A DNA stretch of 64,000 nucleotides, from positions 3,930,228-3,994,227 of the forward strand of contig NW_019091357.1 of NCBI RefSeq assembly GCF_001949145.1. The letters run 5' to 3'. Below are positions 12,001 to 24,809 of this stretch, one piece after another. This DNA comes from Acanthaster planci (lineage: Eukaryota). Position 1 is the stretch's first letter; each line of letters starts with the position of its first letter. The position numbers and the translations under genes are program-made. The notes beneath the pieces were generated by a model. It was given only the letters and a program-made list of their open reading frames with translations, had not been told where the DNA came from and searched no databases.

Positions 12001-14715
12001 ACTGATTTCAGCTCGTCTCATCGGCTACTTGGTCACCTTGGAGAAGGCAAACCACCATGCAACGAGTCCACTGTGAGACGACAAGCAGTCGGCCTCTGTC
12101 TCCATTTGAAAGACTTAACATTTCCAGCAACTTGAAGTCAGTTCCGTAGAACTATTTTAAACCACGACTGTATGGAAAAGGGGCCTAGAAAATAACCCCT
12201 TTATCCCCGCAGCTCATGTCTTCCAACATGAGGGTATCTCACCAAACCCCAAATGGCCATTAGCCATTCCTGCCTCAAGTTGCTTGCGGCTCTAAGCAAG
12301 TCATAATGGGCAACCTGAAAGTTTTCGCAGTCCAGCCAGCGGTCAAATGCAGAATGGGGGCGCCCTTCCGTGCAAAAGTCAGGAACCGACACCTCAACAA
12401 AACACACTCGACTGCACGAAAACAGTAGAATACTTTGATGAAAAAAAAGTATCAAAATCTCGCAAAAGGAAAACTGGTCTACTCCGTCGAAGGAACTTCC
12501 TCCCCGGACAATATCGAAAACCACCTATGAAGGTTGTTTGCTTAAACAATAACCTACTACGATGTAAGCAGGCAATATGCGATATGCAATTCATGTTATC
12601 CGTGGGAGAGAGCTTTTCATCAAACGGAGAAACCATTAACGGACCACATTGTATGTACACTACCTTGAGAGGTGACATTAACTTACATAAGTTCATTGCC
12701 CCATTCTGTTCACCCTCGCGTGCAGACATAAATTTCATCATCCTGCCACTAGAGCACTGTGGATTTCGTTCAAGGTAGGATCTGCGAACTGACGGTTTTC
12801 GTGTGAGCTCCAGACAGTTTCTCACTCCGGACTCTATCCGTGGGTTAATTGAGTTGGCCAGCTTGGTATGTTACAGGGTGGGTCATTCGAGAATAAAGCA
12901 CGAGTGCCAGTCGGCGCATGACCGCCCTGATAGGGCAGACCTCGCGCGCGCCCACTGCTGTTGCCCCAATGACCTCGGACGCGCTCCATCGCGCCGCAAG
13001 TACTGTTGAAATACAATTGGCTTAATATTAGGGCTCACTTGAAACATGACGCGATGAAAGCAATGGGCAAAACTTTGCTGAAATACGATACATTCCTGTC
13101 TTATGTGGTTGTTTCACAACTCACAGTTTTAACGTAGCAGTTAAAATGGTTAAAAGATGTGCTCGATGAAAGAGCGTTTCTGGCCAGCTAAACCTGCAGT
13201 TTGTACTGGGTCACGAGAAATACGTTCACGGTGTCCTTTTGTATGCATTCAGATATTTGCACTAAATGACGTGCATGTTTTCAGATGAATGGTAAAAAAA
13301 ACTAATTTAGTCGATATTAAGAACTATAGCAATATGGCGGATCATTGCTCGACAGCATTTTCCATTTTCAAAAAGTGATCCGTGTCCTCTCAGAAACGAG
13401 GGCTGTACTTCGAAGAAACGAGAGAAAATACATTGCAAAGACATGCAGAAGATACAGCTTATCCAAGAAATGGGGGAGGAATAACTTAAGAAATACTGAA
13501 GACATTACGCTTATCCCGAGAACAAAGGAAACGAACAGCACAATCCCATGATTTCTGCTGCTTCTTTGGACTACTTAAGCTTTACAAGCCCAGTCAACAT
13601 GAAAGAACTGGAAACTGCACTGTCAACGTAAATCACCACTGCCACTCTGGCATCAGTGCAGACATTCATTTCTAGCCGACCCTTGAATGTCCCTGAACTT
13701 TGTGTGCATTAATTGTTAAGCTGCGTGGTCCCACAGAAACTTGTACTGCGCCCAGTTTGCGTGAGAGGCTATACCAAATCACATCTGCATGCCTTTGCAC
13801 TTTTCACACTCCTATAGCTGCACATTTCACCGCCGTGTGAGGCAAACACAAGGTTTATTACTTTTGCGGAAATGTTGGATTGAAAACCACTGCTTCACAT
13901 TCACACGCCGCGGAAGCTTTGTTGACAGGATACGAGACCACTGAATCAATACGCCCATGACAGATCGTTGTTCCAAAGTTATACTGCGATGGATCTGTTC
14001 GAGTGCGGCGGCATTCAGATCTGCATAATTTTTTTTTTACCAAAAGCTGTTGGGAAACGCGCCACTTTATTTATTTGAGGTTGTATATGTCAACTTAAGT
14101 CTTAACCAATACTAACTCTTTAAATTCAAATGTGTTACTCTTTTAGCAGGTTCATGAAAACTGATTACTTACGCGCGTATCCATCCATTGCGATTCCACA
14201 CTCAAATATGAGGTTTTAGCAGAATCGAACGAAAGCTAGGAGTTCCATCAGTTCGCCAAAGGTTTATTTCGTTGCCTAACTTCAAATCAAGGAAGGAAGT
14301 TAAAGTATCTATATTTAGGCCTATAAGCCTATCTTTGTCGATAAATATTGGATCTTCAAGCTAATATATACATTACTGGGGTGGAAGGGCACATGAAACT
14401 CTATAGCCTATCCATGTCGAAGAGATACGTGCTTTATGCGTTTAGTTTACGCCTAGCTAGTTGTGACTTATCACACTGCACAAACAGGGGTTTCAAACTT
14501 AGCACCCCGATTGTTATTAAAAAACCATGCAAACACCTTTCGCAATATTGGAATTTTGGTGTTATGTCAACACCGTTGGTGTTAAGTTTAACACGTTTAC
14601 ATCTGTAGGTGTGAAAAGTACCACCAGCAGTCTTTAAATAACACATTTTGATATGGTCAACTGATAACCCCCAATGGTTTTGCTAAGAGGTCCGTGGGGT
14701 CTTCAGAAAGCTTAC

Positions 14716-15060
14716 CTCAAAAGCACTGGTGACGCGCAGACGATAGAAAACAGGAATGAAGCAACGAGACGTCCAGAGCCCGGTGAAGACGTAGCTCGCG
14801 CCGTAGAGCCAGTACATACAGCCCTGGGTGTAATTCTCGGCCGGCGTGCCAAGGAAGGTGATAGCCGAGATGAAGCTGGCCACCAGCGACACGGCTACGG
14901 GGAAGGGGTTCATATTGCGGTCGGCCATAAGGAACTCAGCCGTGGTCCGCTGCTTGCCGCCGGTACAGGCGTGAAAGACGCCGATGCCGCAAGCAACGGC
15001 AAGGGTGCTGGCGCAGACCAGGTAATCCGCTGTCTGGAAGGTGGTGTCCACTTTCGCCAT
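14716..15060 (-). CDS. SLC5A8-like: SLC5 sodium:solute symporter, first coding exon, copy D (115 codons)
   Basis: MAKVDTTFQTADYLVCASTLAVACGIGVFHACTGGKQRTTAEFLMADRNMNPFPVAVSLVASFISAITFLGTPAENYTQGCMYWLYGASYVFTGLWTSRCFIPVFYRLRVTSAFE. Start context GCAGCATGG; ends GAG|GTAAGC (donor at 14715-14714). The ORF-track start at 15108 is a TTG, not an ATG. Confidence 0.93.
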
Positions 15061-17203
15061 GCTGCTTCTCGCTGTTGCTGGGGACAGTGGTCTCCAAATC
15101 TTCACCAAGAAGCAAACAAGGACGTAGTTTCTAAACGAATGAAAGACACGTAATGTTACACAACCGAAGCAACCTTCCTATACATATGCGAAATATTGAA
15201 CCAGTGAAGGTTCTAGCTCCATGGATCAAGTGCTTAGTGTGAAAAATGTCCCCAATATGATGTATTCAGCTTTATATCGTTGGCACCCTCAGGGGCCTGT
15301 TTTGATCTGTCAACTTATCCAATGCGGTTTAGACACTTAACTGACACAGAGGAAGGGAGCGCAAGAGACCCTTGTTCAAAAATTATTCAGTTCAAAACAG
15401 AGGTAGACAAGATCATTAAGCAAGTTACCATTCAATTGTAACCAAAGCCCTTGGCTGTTTAACTTTCAGTTAAACTCGACTTCACATTCAAATGATCAAT
15501 TCTCAGAGGATTACGTAGGCCCAACGAAAAATCTTCAAGGGCCCAGGCAATGTGATTCATCAATGCATTCTTCTTCTAGTCTGTACCTTTTTGACTTTGC
15601 CTTAGTTGTCGTTTTGCTATTTTGCTATATATGAAAAACCCAATGCCATTCTGGGCGGAAATCCAAGACTGTTATTTTCCAGCAATATACATATTATTAC
15701 GGATTTTGTCTTTCGTGATTCACTGTGGTATAAGCATAAGGTTTCATAGGCCTACATTTCAGATGAGTAAATAAAGAGTCGCAAAAAATCGACAGGCTGG
15801 AAAATTGGTCGCTTAACCATCTCAATTTCAAAGACCGTCCCCAGCGCAGTTGGCCTACGATTGGGAATTTCAAAGAGATACGAAAGAAAACAATGGGCAG
15901 GCAACTTAATGTGAGGTCATTCGAGGGTTACATAATTATGCTTCTACCTCGCATAACTCGAAATGGGCTTAGGATATTCGACGTAAGATGTGTTTGCCCA
16001 CTGTTTTTAGGTCAAGTCAGTTGATAGGGGATCCATAAAAACTTTAGGTAGCTTGCCGTTTTAGACAAGAAAGTGTAGCAGCAGTGTAGCGGGAAACAGA
16101 GCGCGACCATGCTAGACCTATCAGGACTGTGAAGGCGGCACGCTTTTGCAACGTGAGAGTCACCATAGTTGGAAACAAACTGGTAGTGGTATGCAAAAGC
16201 TGCACGCTGTACAGCCCACATAATGAACAGCCATTTTGTTTCCACACACGATTTTCCAGCTTCTGGGCCACATGGTGATCTTAACTATACCAAAAGTTTC
16301 TGTCCGAGGAGGGAGGGAGCTCCAGAAAAAAAAATTCCTGCAAGGCCGCCCGAGTGGAGACGATTCCACTTGTTGGCCAGAATAGCCTTGATACGTGACA
16401 TGCTTTCTCAACACGCAAGCCATTGTCATTTGTATATATGTACATGTACACTTCCGTACTAGTAATGCAAATGCAATAATCATTTCCAAGAAAGAATTTC
16501 AACAGAAACATGAAATTCACATCAAGGCAGATCGCCGATTACCGTGGTTGCAACAGTTCAACCGATTCGTGCATGAATTATTGAACAAATGGTCTGGGAG
16601 CAGCGATGTCTGTTTATCTGCTAGTCTTAATGGACGGGTCCCCGTCCCTATTATGTAGGTACCGGTAGCTAGCTGCGGTTAACGCGTGGGCGATAAGCCC
16701 TGTCTATCTGAATGCTGAATATTTCAGCTTTTGTCAGGCCAAAAGCAATGTCTTAACATGACATACGTTTCAGCAGGGAGTCGAATAAAACACAAGTACC
16801 TATCCTTGCTAAGCCTCTGTTGATCAAATTGTGGTAATTTATTTTCAATGATTATATCATCGATACTATCAGCTCCTGCTTGATTTGGGCATTGAGCGGG
16901 TATCGATTCCTCCTTTGCATAAACTCAGCAGCGTTCTGCCAGATTCATTACCCGCCACCGGCCCCTACGTTCGGAGGACGTCTGTAAGACGTACGGAACT
17001 GGGACCGGTATGCTAGTCAGTAGGCAGGCACAAAATAAATAGGCCTACCACCAGTGGACTATACTTTATCAAACAACTTAGAATACACAGGGCAAACAAT
17101 TCAGCCCCTGTCAACAAAACTGGTATTGCTAGCTTGTTTTGGGTGCCGTCGCCGTGATTGCTCTGATAACAGATGTCAAATAGCTTGGGCACGAATTGTA
17201 TGC

Positions 17204-17471
17204 CAGGGCGGCTGAGCCGGGGGGGGCAGGGTTGTGCCCTCCCTATATAGCAAATAGCAAAAAGGGCGGTTTATCAAAAATAACGAGAAAACGCCGGTTT
17301 TTTGTACATTTTCTTTCTCTCATACCTTCCAAAAGCAAGAAGCACCGATATGTAGCCTCAACCCTCAGAAAGGCCATAAAAGGTTGCATATAAAAGCATA
17401 AGTTTTTACCCTCAAAAAATGTTGTTTGCCCTCCACGACAAAATGGTTCTAATGGTTCTTGATCGCTTTTG
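17204..17471. mobile_element. Degenerate MITE-like remnant (CAGGGCGGCTGAGCCGGGGGGGGCAGGG... end)
   Basis: Left end has the G-run/GCCC structure typical of short non-autonomous DNA elements. The right end is decayed and no TSD was seen. Confidence 0.3.
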
Positions 17472-19030
17472 TGCCCCGAATCACTGAGTAAAACATCGAC
17501 AATCCTCGCACTTTTTGGTTTGCAGCTCAGTGGGAGACTTTGAGACGCTAGGTGATGGCAAGTTTACCGGTTCTTTCAACAATTCTGAACAAGCGCATAT
17601 TGCTATGAGCGTGCAGGCATTGTGCAGCGCACGCGCAATGCTGTGAAAAAAGACAGGTGTGGCTACTGCCACCAGCGTCTCAAACTTTCCCATTTGTATA
17701 TCATTATCATAGTCAAGGCTTGGGCATATTCATGACCCTATCACTCCGTAACTGTCTCATCCCAATGTAAGTCTCCACTCCCCCGAGAAGACGTGGCTGA
17801 TCTAAATCTTCTGATTGTCATCCAGAAGGAAGAAATCTTGAATTTCCTTTTGACAGATTTCACATGAGGCAAAACTTCTGAACTTCACGAGGATAAGCCC
17901 TCTTGAAAAAAAACCTTTCCATAGTTATATAAGATTTTTGAGAAGGCAGTTTTTTCACTCTCAGCTTTGTACTCTATAGCCACGTTCCTATTTCCTCAAT
18001 GCCACCACAAATTGACATTGATATGATTGATTTACAGTTTTAAGTTAGCAAATGGGTTATTATAGTCATAGGCAAGGATGGATACACAGGTGTTTGAATT
18101 ACGCTGAGTGCTCTTCAACTGTGATTTCTTCCTTTCTTCTATATTTTTGTTGATTCCCACTGGCTTGCTTTTCAGTTTTCCTTATGTTTGAAAAGATAAT
18201 GCCAACTCCTAGGCTAAGCTGACAAATATTGGGCCGGTTACTGGTACCCTCTACCTGGTCACAGGAGGGAAGAGCGGGAAGCCTTTATCTTTATCGAGTA
18301 TTTGGTTTATTCCGCGTACACCGCCGAGGAAGTCCCCGAAACCGATCGCAATGGCGCAGAACATTCCGCTGTTGATAAACTTTAAGCCTTCATGCTTAGT
18401 AACTGTATACTTTTGCCGTAAGAGTAAATAAAATGGCACAGTTCAAAGTGGGTAAATATTGAAAGATGGCAACTGTGGGACACGTTTTAGAAGGGGTGTG
18501 TGTAAGAAAACAAGCCCCGGATAATTTCTTAAAAACCAGTCAAGTAGACAGCAATGGTCGACATCACCTTGGTGAGCATTGCCATCAGTTCTACGAGTTT
18601 AAGATCCAATATCTTTCTTATTTTGATATGTTTTAGCAAGGGTAGCCCTTAATAACCGTTTCGAGGGGGAAATGGTGTATTGAACATACCAGTGGTTGAG
18701 TTTATCGCAATAAAGACGTGTGTCACTTCGCCGCCGGCACGGTGGACAATATCAACCCGCACGTACGCACGCCACGTTTCAATAATATAAAAGCTCCGAA
18801 TTGGACTTAGTTTGAGCTGGGGCAGGGGTCGTGAGAAGGGTTAGGGACAGCACAAACATACTAAAGACCACGCGTCGCTCTCAAAAGATTTGTCGGGGGC
18901 TCGAAGCAGAATTTACCGCTGGAATGTGATGTATAGACTATGGCTAATAAGGCGTATACTGTGACTGTATTTGTCAGAATTCAAAATAAAAAACCTCTTG
19001 GAGTAGAAGGCTCCAGCCCTTCCCCCCTTC

Positions 19031-19069
19031 CTCCAACCATAGAGGTGGGTTGTAGCTCTATGCTCCAAC
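19031..19069. mobile_element. Second P-element-like footprint of the same family
   Basis: CTCCAAC + CATAGAG G TGGGTTGTAGCTCTATG + CTCCAAC. The TSD is 7 bp, the right arm is identical to the 17-nt arm at 2398-2414, and the left arm is truncated to 7 nt. Confidence 0.8.
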
Positions 19070-19538
19070 TGAACTCTCATCGGTTTTGTAGAAGGCGGCA
19101 AGAGCACAAGCCGAACTCACTAGTTTAAACTTGGATGCATGAGTTCGGAGACAGGGGGTGCATCGTTACGTGCAATCACGTAATCAGCAGCGGTTCGTCT
19201 TCCGACAGCGCAGCGGTATAATGTAACGAGACAAGGTTGTCCATCCCTTGCTCTATGGTCTGTGAGGAGTGTTATCACCTTCCGCCATCTACATGCACTC
19301 TGTACCTGGGACCCGTGGCTGCAGCTGTCCATGTGGTAAAATTCCACCCTGTGTGGTTTTTGGCAAGTTGCTATGGGAACTCAGCGTGAACGGCGCATGG
19401 ACCTGGACCAATTGCCCTTGTGCAGTCCCTCGATAGCCCAATCGGGTAGAAGAGATTCATCCCTTTACCAGCAAACATTGATTATGCAATTTTTATCGCA
19501 ACTCCAGCCAGGGTGTACCAGGTAAAGTACTATCAACT

Positions 19539-19568
19539 GTCATAGGGTTTGTAGCTCTATGGTCATAG
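19539..19568. mobile_element. Third, one-armed footprint of the same family
   Basis: GTCATAG + GGTTTGTAGCTCTATG + GTCATAG: a 16-nt right arm with one mismatch between 7-bp direct repeats. Confidence 0.65.
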
Positions 19569-21004
19569 GTACACGAGATCATCGGGTAACAATATCGATA
19601 CCAATAACTACTTTCTGTATGGTAAAATTGAAAGATGACAATCAACCATGATTCAACTTCCAACCTAAGTTCAACCTTCTCTATGATTTAACTGAACGAT
19701 GATCACAAGGACTATGACTGAGCTTTCATAATATAATCATCTGACTATGCCTACAGTACATCACCTCACTTTCAAAATCAAGGCATTAAAATCTAACTGA
19801 CGGAGAACCTGTTTAACAACCCGCGGCATTCCGAGTTAAGTTTGCATCCTTCGTTAACGGCAGAAACTAAACTTTGGTCTCGTACAACTCATGTATTTAT
19901 ACAAGTGCAGATAATGTCGTGAATGTAGATGTCACATCAACTGATCAATGACATCATATACATGCATGCACACTGCTTTCTCCGGACCAATCGTGGAATT
20001 CGTCCACTGGCTGCCACTTGACAGCGTACGGACCCACTGAGCGGTCTTTAGGCAATGTCGCCGCAGGTTGAAGTCAACACTGTTCATCCCTATTTTTAGT
20101 CAAATTAATTTAAACATGATTAAATTGTGCGAAAAGTACTGCACTGAACTTACTTTGAGAAAACTTGGAGACTACGAACACGCGGAGCCAGCTATGAGAA
20201 ACACCAGCAATGCAAGTACATTTACAAGTTCTTTGCATCCAGATTCGCCTGCAGCAACAGCATAGAGGGCTACTTGGCACGCACACTTACAGTACATATG
20301 CATGTACATGTACAGTATATGTGAACATCAGTGACTCCACGCGAACTACTGAGTGGTTTGTGGCCCTCCAACTATATATGCACAATGTGCATTTACAGCT
20401 GCTTGTTCAACCTTGAACCCGAATGGGAGCATGGGAGTACTGGACCCAAAAGGTCGTGGAAGCTTTCGGCTTGTTACCGAAGGGTGCGCGCTGCGCAGAA
20501 TTCGCTCCCCCACATGACCTTCAAGACCTCTAGAACCGTTCACCAAATAATTCTTTCATTCTTTACGTGAGCACCTCTTCAACCAAGGCCGTGTCATCTT
20601 TGCCTTGTAGAATATCCAGTTTCATCCTGTAAGGTCACAAGTTCAACAAGTTCTTTTTCTTAGGTTCTATGTAGGACGTGTTTTTGTTTTCCGTTGTTTT
20701 CCACTGCCTTGCCAGGATAGTTTTTTTTTTTCGTACACGTGTATTTAAAAGACACTCATTTCAGTCTACTTATTTTTTTCTATTTATATCTTTATTAATT
20801 GGAATGAGTTTATTAATGATATGCTGTATTTTATGTTATGTTTCGTTAATATTGTTTTTACTTTCTAGAACTCCCGTATCCACGAGTAAAACATCGATTT
20901 GTTCATAGGCAAAGCCTTTAGTGATATAGTTGCTATGCCATGGGACTATGTACACACTGACAGAACGTCGAGTTTTTATAATATTTGAGCGGGTTTTTTG
21001 TTTT

Positions 21005-21005
<1 letters not shown>

Positions 21006-21066
<61 letters not shown>
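21006..21066. repeat. (CT)n microsatellite, about 30 units
   Basis: Uninterrupted CT dinucleotide run. Confidence 0.98.
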
Positions 21067-21068
<2 letters not shown>

Positions 21069-24000
21069 CCCCCATACCGAAAAATGTTTCCTTGATTTAA
21101 TATTCTCTACGGTGGCCCATAACTGTCACGGCAAAAGCACCAATACAAAAGCAAAATCGCTACAGCAAAATCAAACGCACAGGCTTGACGGGGCATGGGG
21201 ATGAATGTACATCCGGGTCTATACCTGCTCGGACACACAAAACTGGAAAAACATTTCAGAATCAAGGGTGGCATCCTGCAAGCACATGGCTGTGTAATCA
21301 GCGTGTCCTTAACTGAAGCTAAAAAAAACCTGATGGGCCTAGTCCCCCCCCCCGTGGAAACTTCTTGGATGGGTCCCCCTCTGATGCATTTACGACCGAA
21401 AAAGCTGATTTGCTCGTAGATGTGGACCACTGCTGTGTGCACACAGTGCAGTGAGAAACAGCACCTTACTTGCCACAGTATCATGATGTGAATTAGAGTG
21501 GAAAAGCTTGACGTGAATTCGAAACAAAACCCGTAAATATACACAAACAAGCCCTTGCGTCGCCGAGCTCCAAATACAGAGTTATAATAGGCCTACTCCT
21601 GGGAAACACTAACCTAATGGGCCCTCGGCGAATAATGTGTTGACAGCGTTACCCACCCACTATTGTGGTCTTGCATGAGACCAGTATTGACCTCTTGGAA
21701 ATCGTAGAAAATTTCACACATACTGTTTGCCCATAGTAATATTCCGTATCTACGACCAAATTGGCCTTCTAGTTGGTATATGCATCAGGGTCAGGCCCAG
21801 AAATTCCGGGGGGGGGAATATGCCCATCAGAGATTTTTAATGTCAGTTAATGTTACGCGGGTAATATTGATGGTTGTAACTTTATGTGTATGTAGTGTTA
21901 AGGAGTTGTAATTATATTGATTAGTTCAATAATTTTAATGTGTGAGTGTTTTAACTTGTTCATCTAGAAGACAAGTTTCATGTACTTTTTAATACATGAC
22001 GAATATATCAAATCAATCAAATAATAAATTAAATCAATTGTCATGTGTTAGCACGATGCCATCCTTGATACTAAAATTTTTTCCTGTTTTGTGAGTGTTT
22101 GAGCATGAAGGCCGGGATCGACATCCATCCCCACAGGAACCAAGCCTGATTACTTGCTTTTGCCGTGGCGCTTTTGCTTTGCCGTGAAAGTTGTGAGCCA
22201 CCGTAATTCCCAGTCAGTTATGTTCACTGATAAACAGTGTCCACTGATATCAATGTACAAGAGTCAACAGTTTGGCCCACATCTTTTTTTTAATTCTCTA
22301 CATCACGTCATACTGACTAACTCCGAATGGCCTGAGCGCGCTGTCGCATGAAATTTGCATACCTGACTGGCGTGCGGGGTCCGCTCACCACGGCAACTTG
22401 ACGCGTGCTCTGTACTAAATGCTCTAAACTAAATGCATGCACAGTCTATGGGGACCGAACATGCATATGTAACAGACCACAACCAAGATGAGACTGTAAC
22501 TCAAACTACCAACTACTTTGCACCGTACGTGAGTTCATCGAAAGTCAGAATTCACCACTTCGCCTGTATTCTGTCTCTGTGCAGCCGCAAGCCGCTTCAC
22601 AGATTTGTTGGAACCCGGAAACGGTTATCAAAGGTAGACCAGCATTCAGTTGACTGACAAAAAAACATCTGACCCGATGTTCATACGTTGTCCCCTGACC
22701 CTTTTCAAACTTCAAGCTGCCTGAGCCCTGCCTGTAGCTACATTTTACTTTTCATGCTTCGAAGTCCAATTCTATATTGGTATTGTACAAAAAAAGCCCA
22801 CAGCTTTTGCGACAGGTATTTTATTTGCCGCTATTATGTGGGGGCGGTGCGGCAGTGCCTCGTCGGAGTTGGCGTCACCGACGTTCAACTATTGAATTGG
22901 CTTTAATATGACAGGGACGCGGGTCGCGACGCATTGTCTACGGTCGACCCGGATCCAAGTACGGTTATGAAACATTATTGCAGCGCCACAGAACTGCGGA
23001 TGTACATATAAAAGTCCTACAACTTGGAACGCAGTGTGTTTGTCCACCAGTGGGTTTGGTCACATGACAGTGTTCGTTCCTCGCATGTTGCTTGTGGCTC
23101 TGCATTGCCACTTACACATCAAAGGAACAAGCGGCGCAATGTTTTTAATAGTCGCATTGTTCACAAGCGCAAAGGTCAACGAGCAATAGCGCTGCCAAAA
23201 GGGCAAAAACGGTGGCGAAATGTTGAACTACAGCACTTCAAGTGCGGTAACATGAAGATCTGCGTGAGAAAATAAAAGGGTTCTGAGTCAGGTATTCACA
23301 CACTGACACCAACCCATTTCTTTCCACGCTTTTCTGGTACAAATTATTGTTCATTACAAGTACTATTTGACAGATGCAGATTCGCCATTTAGAATTTTTT
23401 TTAAAAAATTCTTATCTTATGACAGTAAAAGGCATCCACACTGAATCATAGTGGAATGCGGCGGAATTCCAGCTGACCAAGATATCTTACGCGCAATATA
23501 TGCAGCATAGAGCACTGGTCTTTGCTTGTTCATTGACTTCATCATGCACCGTCGATTTGAGACAATGATCGTTTGATGTCACACCATTCTAAAGCTTGGG
23601 AAATACGAAAATCTGCACAGAAATGACTTCCTTCGTTCATTTCACCTGATTTTAGTTTATTCTGCTCTCCAGCCAAATATTCAGTGCTGGTGTAGGCCTA
23701 CTCTGTTTTGTGATACAAGGCAAAGTGAAGGAGCGCCCTCTTATGTACTGCACTGTTATGGGTATTCCAGCGGAGTAACATTAAATTTATGTCAAATTGT
23801 AACCGAAAAGTAGTCTGTCTCGTAATTAGATGAAGCCTTTCCAAAAATGTTTTCCCTGCCATTTTCATACGAATTGGTCGTAAAAGCAATAATGGATCCA
23901 TGGATGACTGAAGCAACTCTACTGCTATGAAAAAAAAATAGATCAATCGTTACAACCAACAAAAGCCGGTCCGGGAATAAACCTTTCTTTTCTATCGATT

Positions 24001-24809
24001 TTGTGGTTCATTGTCTAGCGTGATGCCCTTATGGGATATCCGAAAAGAAAACACGCGCAGAATGGTACAGGCATACCGTCACCTCATACAATAAGCCTAG
24101 CCCCAGCCGCCAGCGGCCTCCACAAACTGTGACGATCATGAGTCCAATGGCTACTGAACAAACAGTCTAACTTCAACAATACGCCGTCTACGTTCACGAA
24201 GGTACTGCACCTTCAGGAAACCGTCTGATTCAAAGCATAACAATTAACAAATATTGGCGGTTTATGGAAATCAGTAATCCAGATGAAAATGGACATCCGC
24301 TTTGAAGTCCGTCGGTGCATGGTACACTCTTGTATCCCAGTTAATGTATAGGATACCGGAATTTCTTGATGTTTCATTTGTGGCCAATGCTGTCAAATTA
24401 TCCTAGACTGACCAGTCTCCTCGACCCTCTCTAGAAGACTTAAGACCGTTGTTTTTCGGGACGTGAGACCTCAGATTGTGTCCAGAAATGTGAACATGAG
24501 TGTACCTAACTGAGCCCTTAAGTTTATGTTTAAGTCTTGCAGACAATTACTTGTTATTTGTACCTGTGTTGAGTCGCTATCATCTCTTTAATCACAATTT
24601 GATTAGAATGATGTAGAAATAATGCACTTTCCACAAGAGGAAGAGCCCACCAAATTTTAATTCAAAGTATCAAGGGACGTCAAACACCCACGGCCTACCT
24701 ACATTTTACAGTGAACCAGACATTAATTTTCTCCAATCATAATAATGCATGACGTTACACCTTCATGAGCTAACTTGATTCCATCCCTGCAACAAACGGC
24801 TTAACTTAC

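Noticed and set aside
2281..15060. Four complete tandem SLC5 genes
   Set aside because: Each copy covers only the first ~115-118 residues, and no further SLC5 exons were recognisable in the spacers. One spacer is only ~1.2 kb.
2431..15153. Antisense and alternative-frame ORFs over the SLC5 exons (e.g. 2431-2661, 3855-4193, 8515-8910, 14674-15153)
   Set aside because: Shadow ORFs produced by GC3-rich codon usage of the real exons.
20836..21204. ERERER / SLSLSL ORFs
   Set aside because: Translations of the (CT)n microsatellite.
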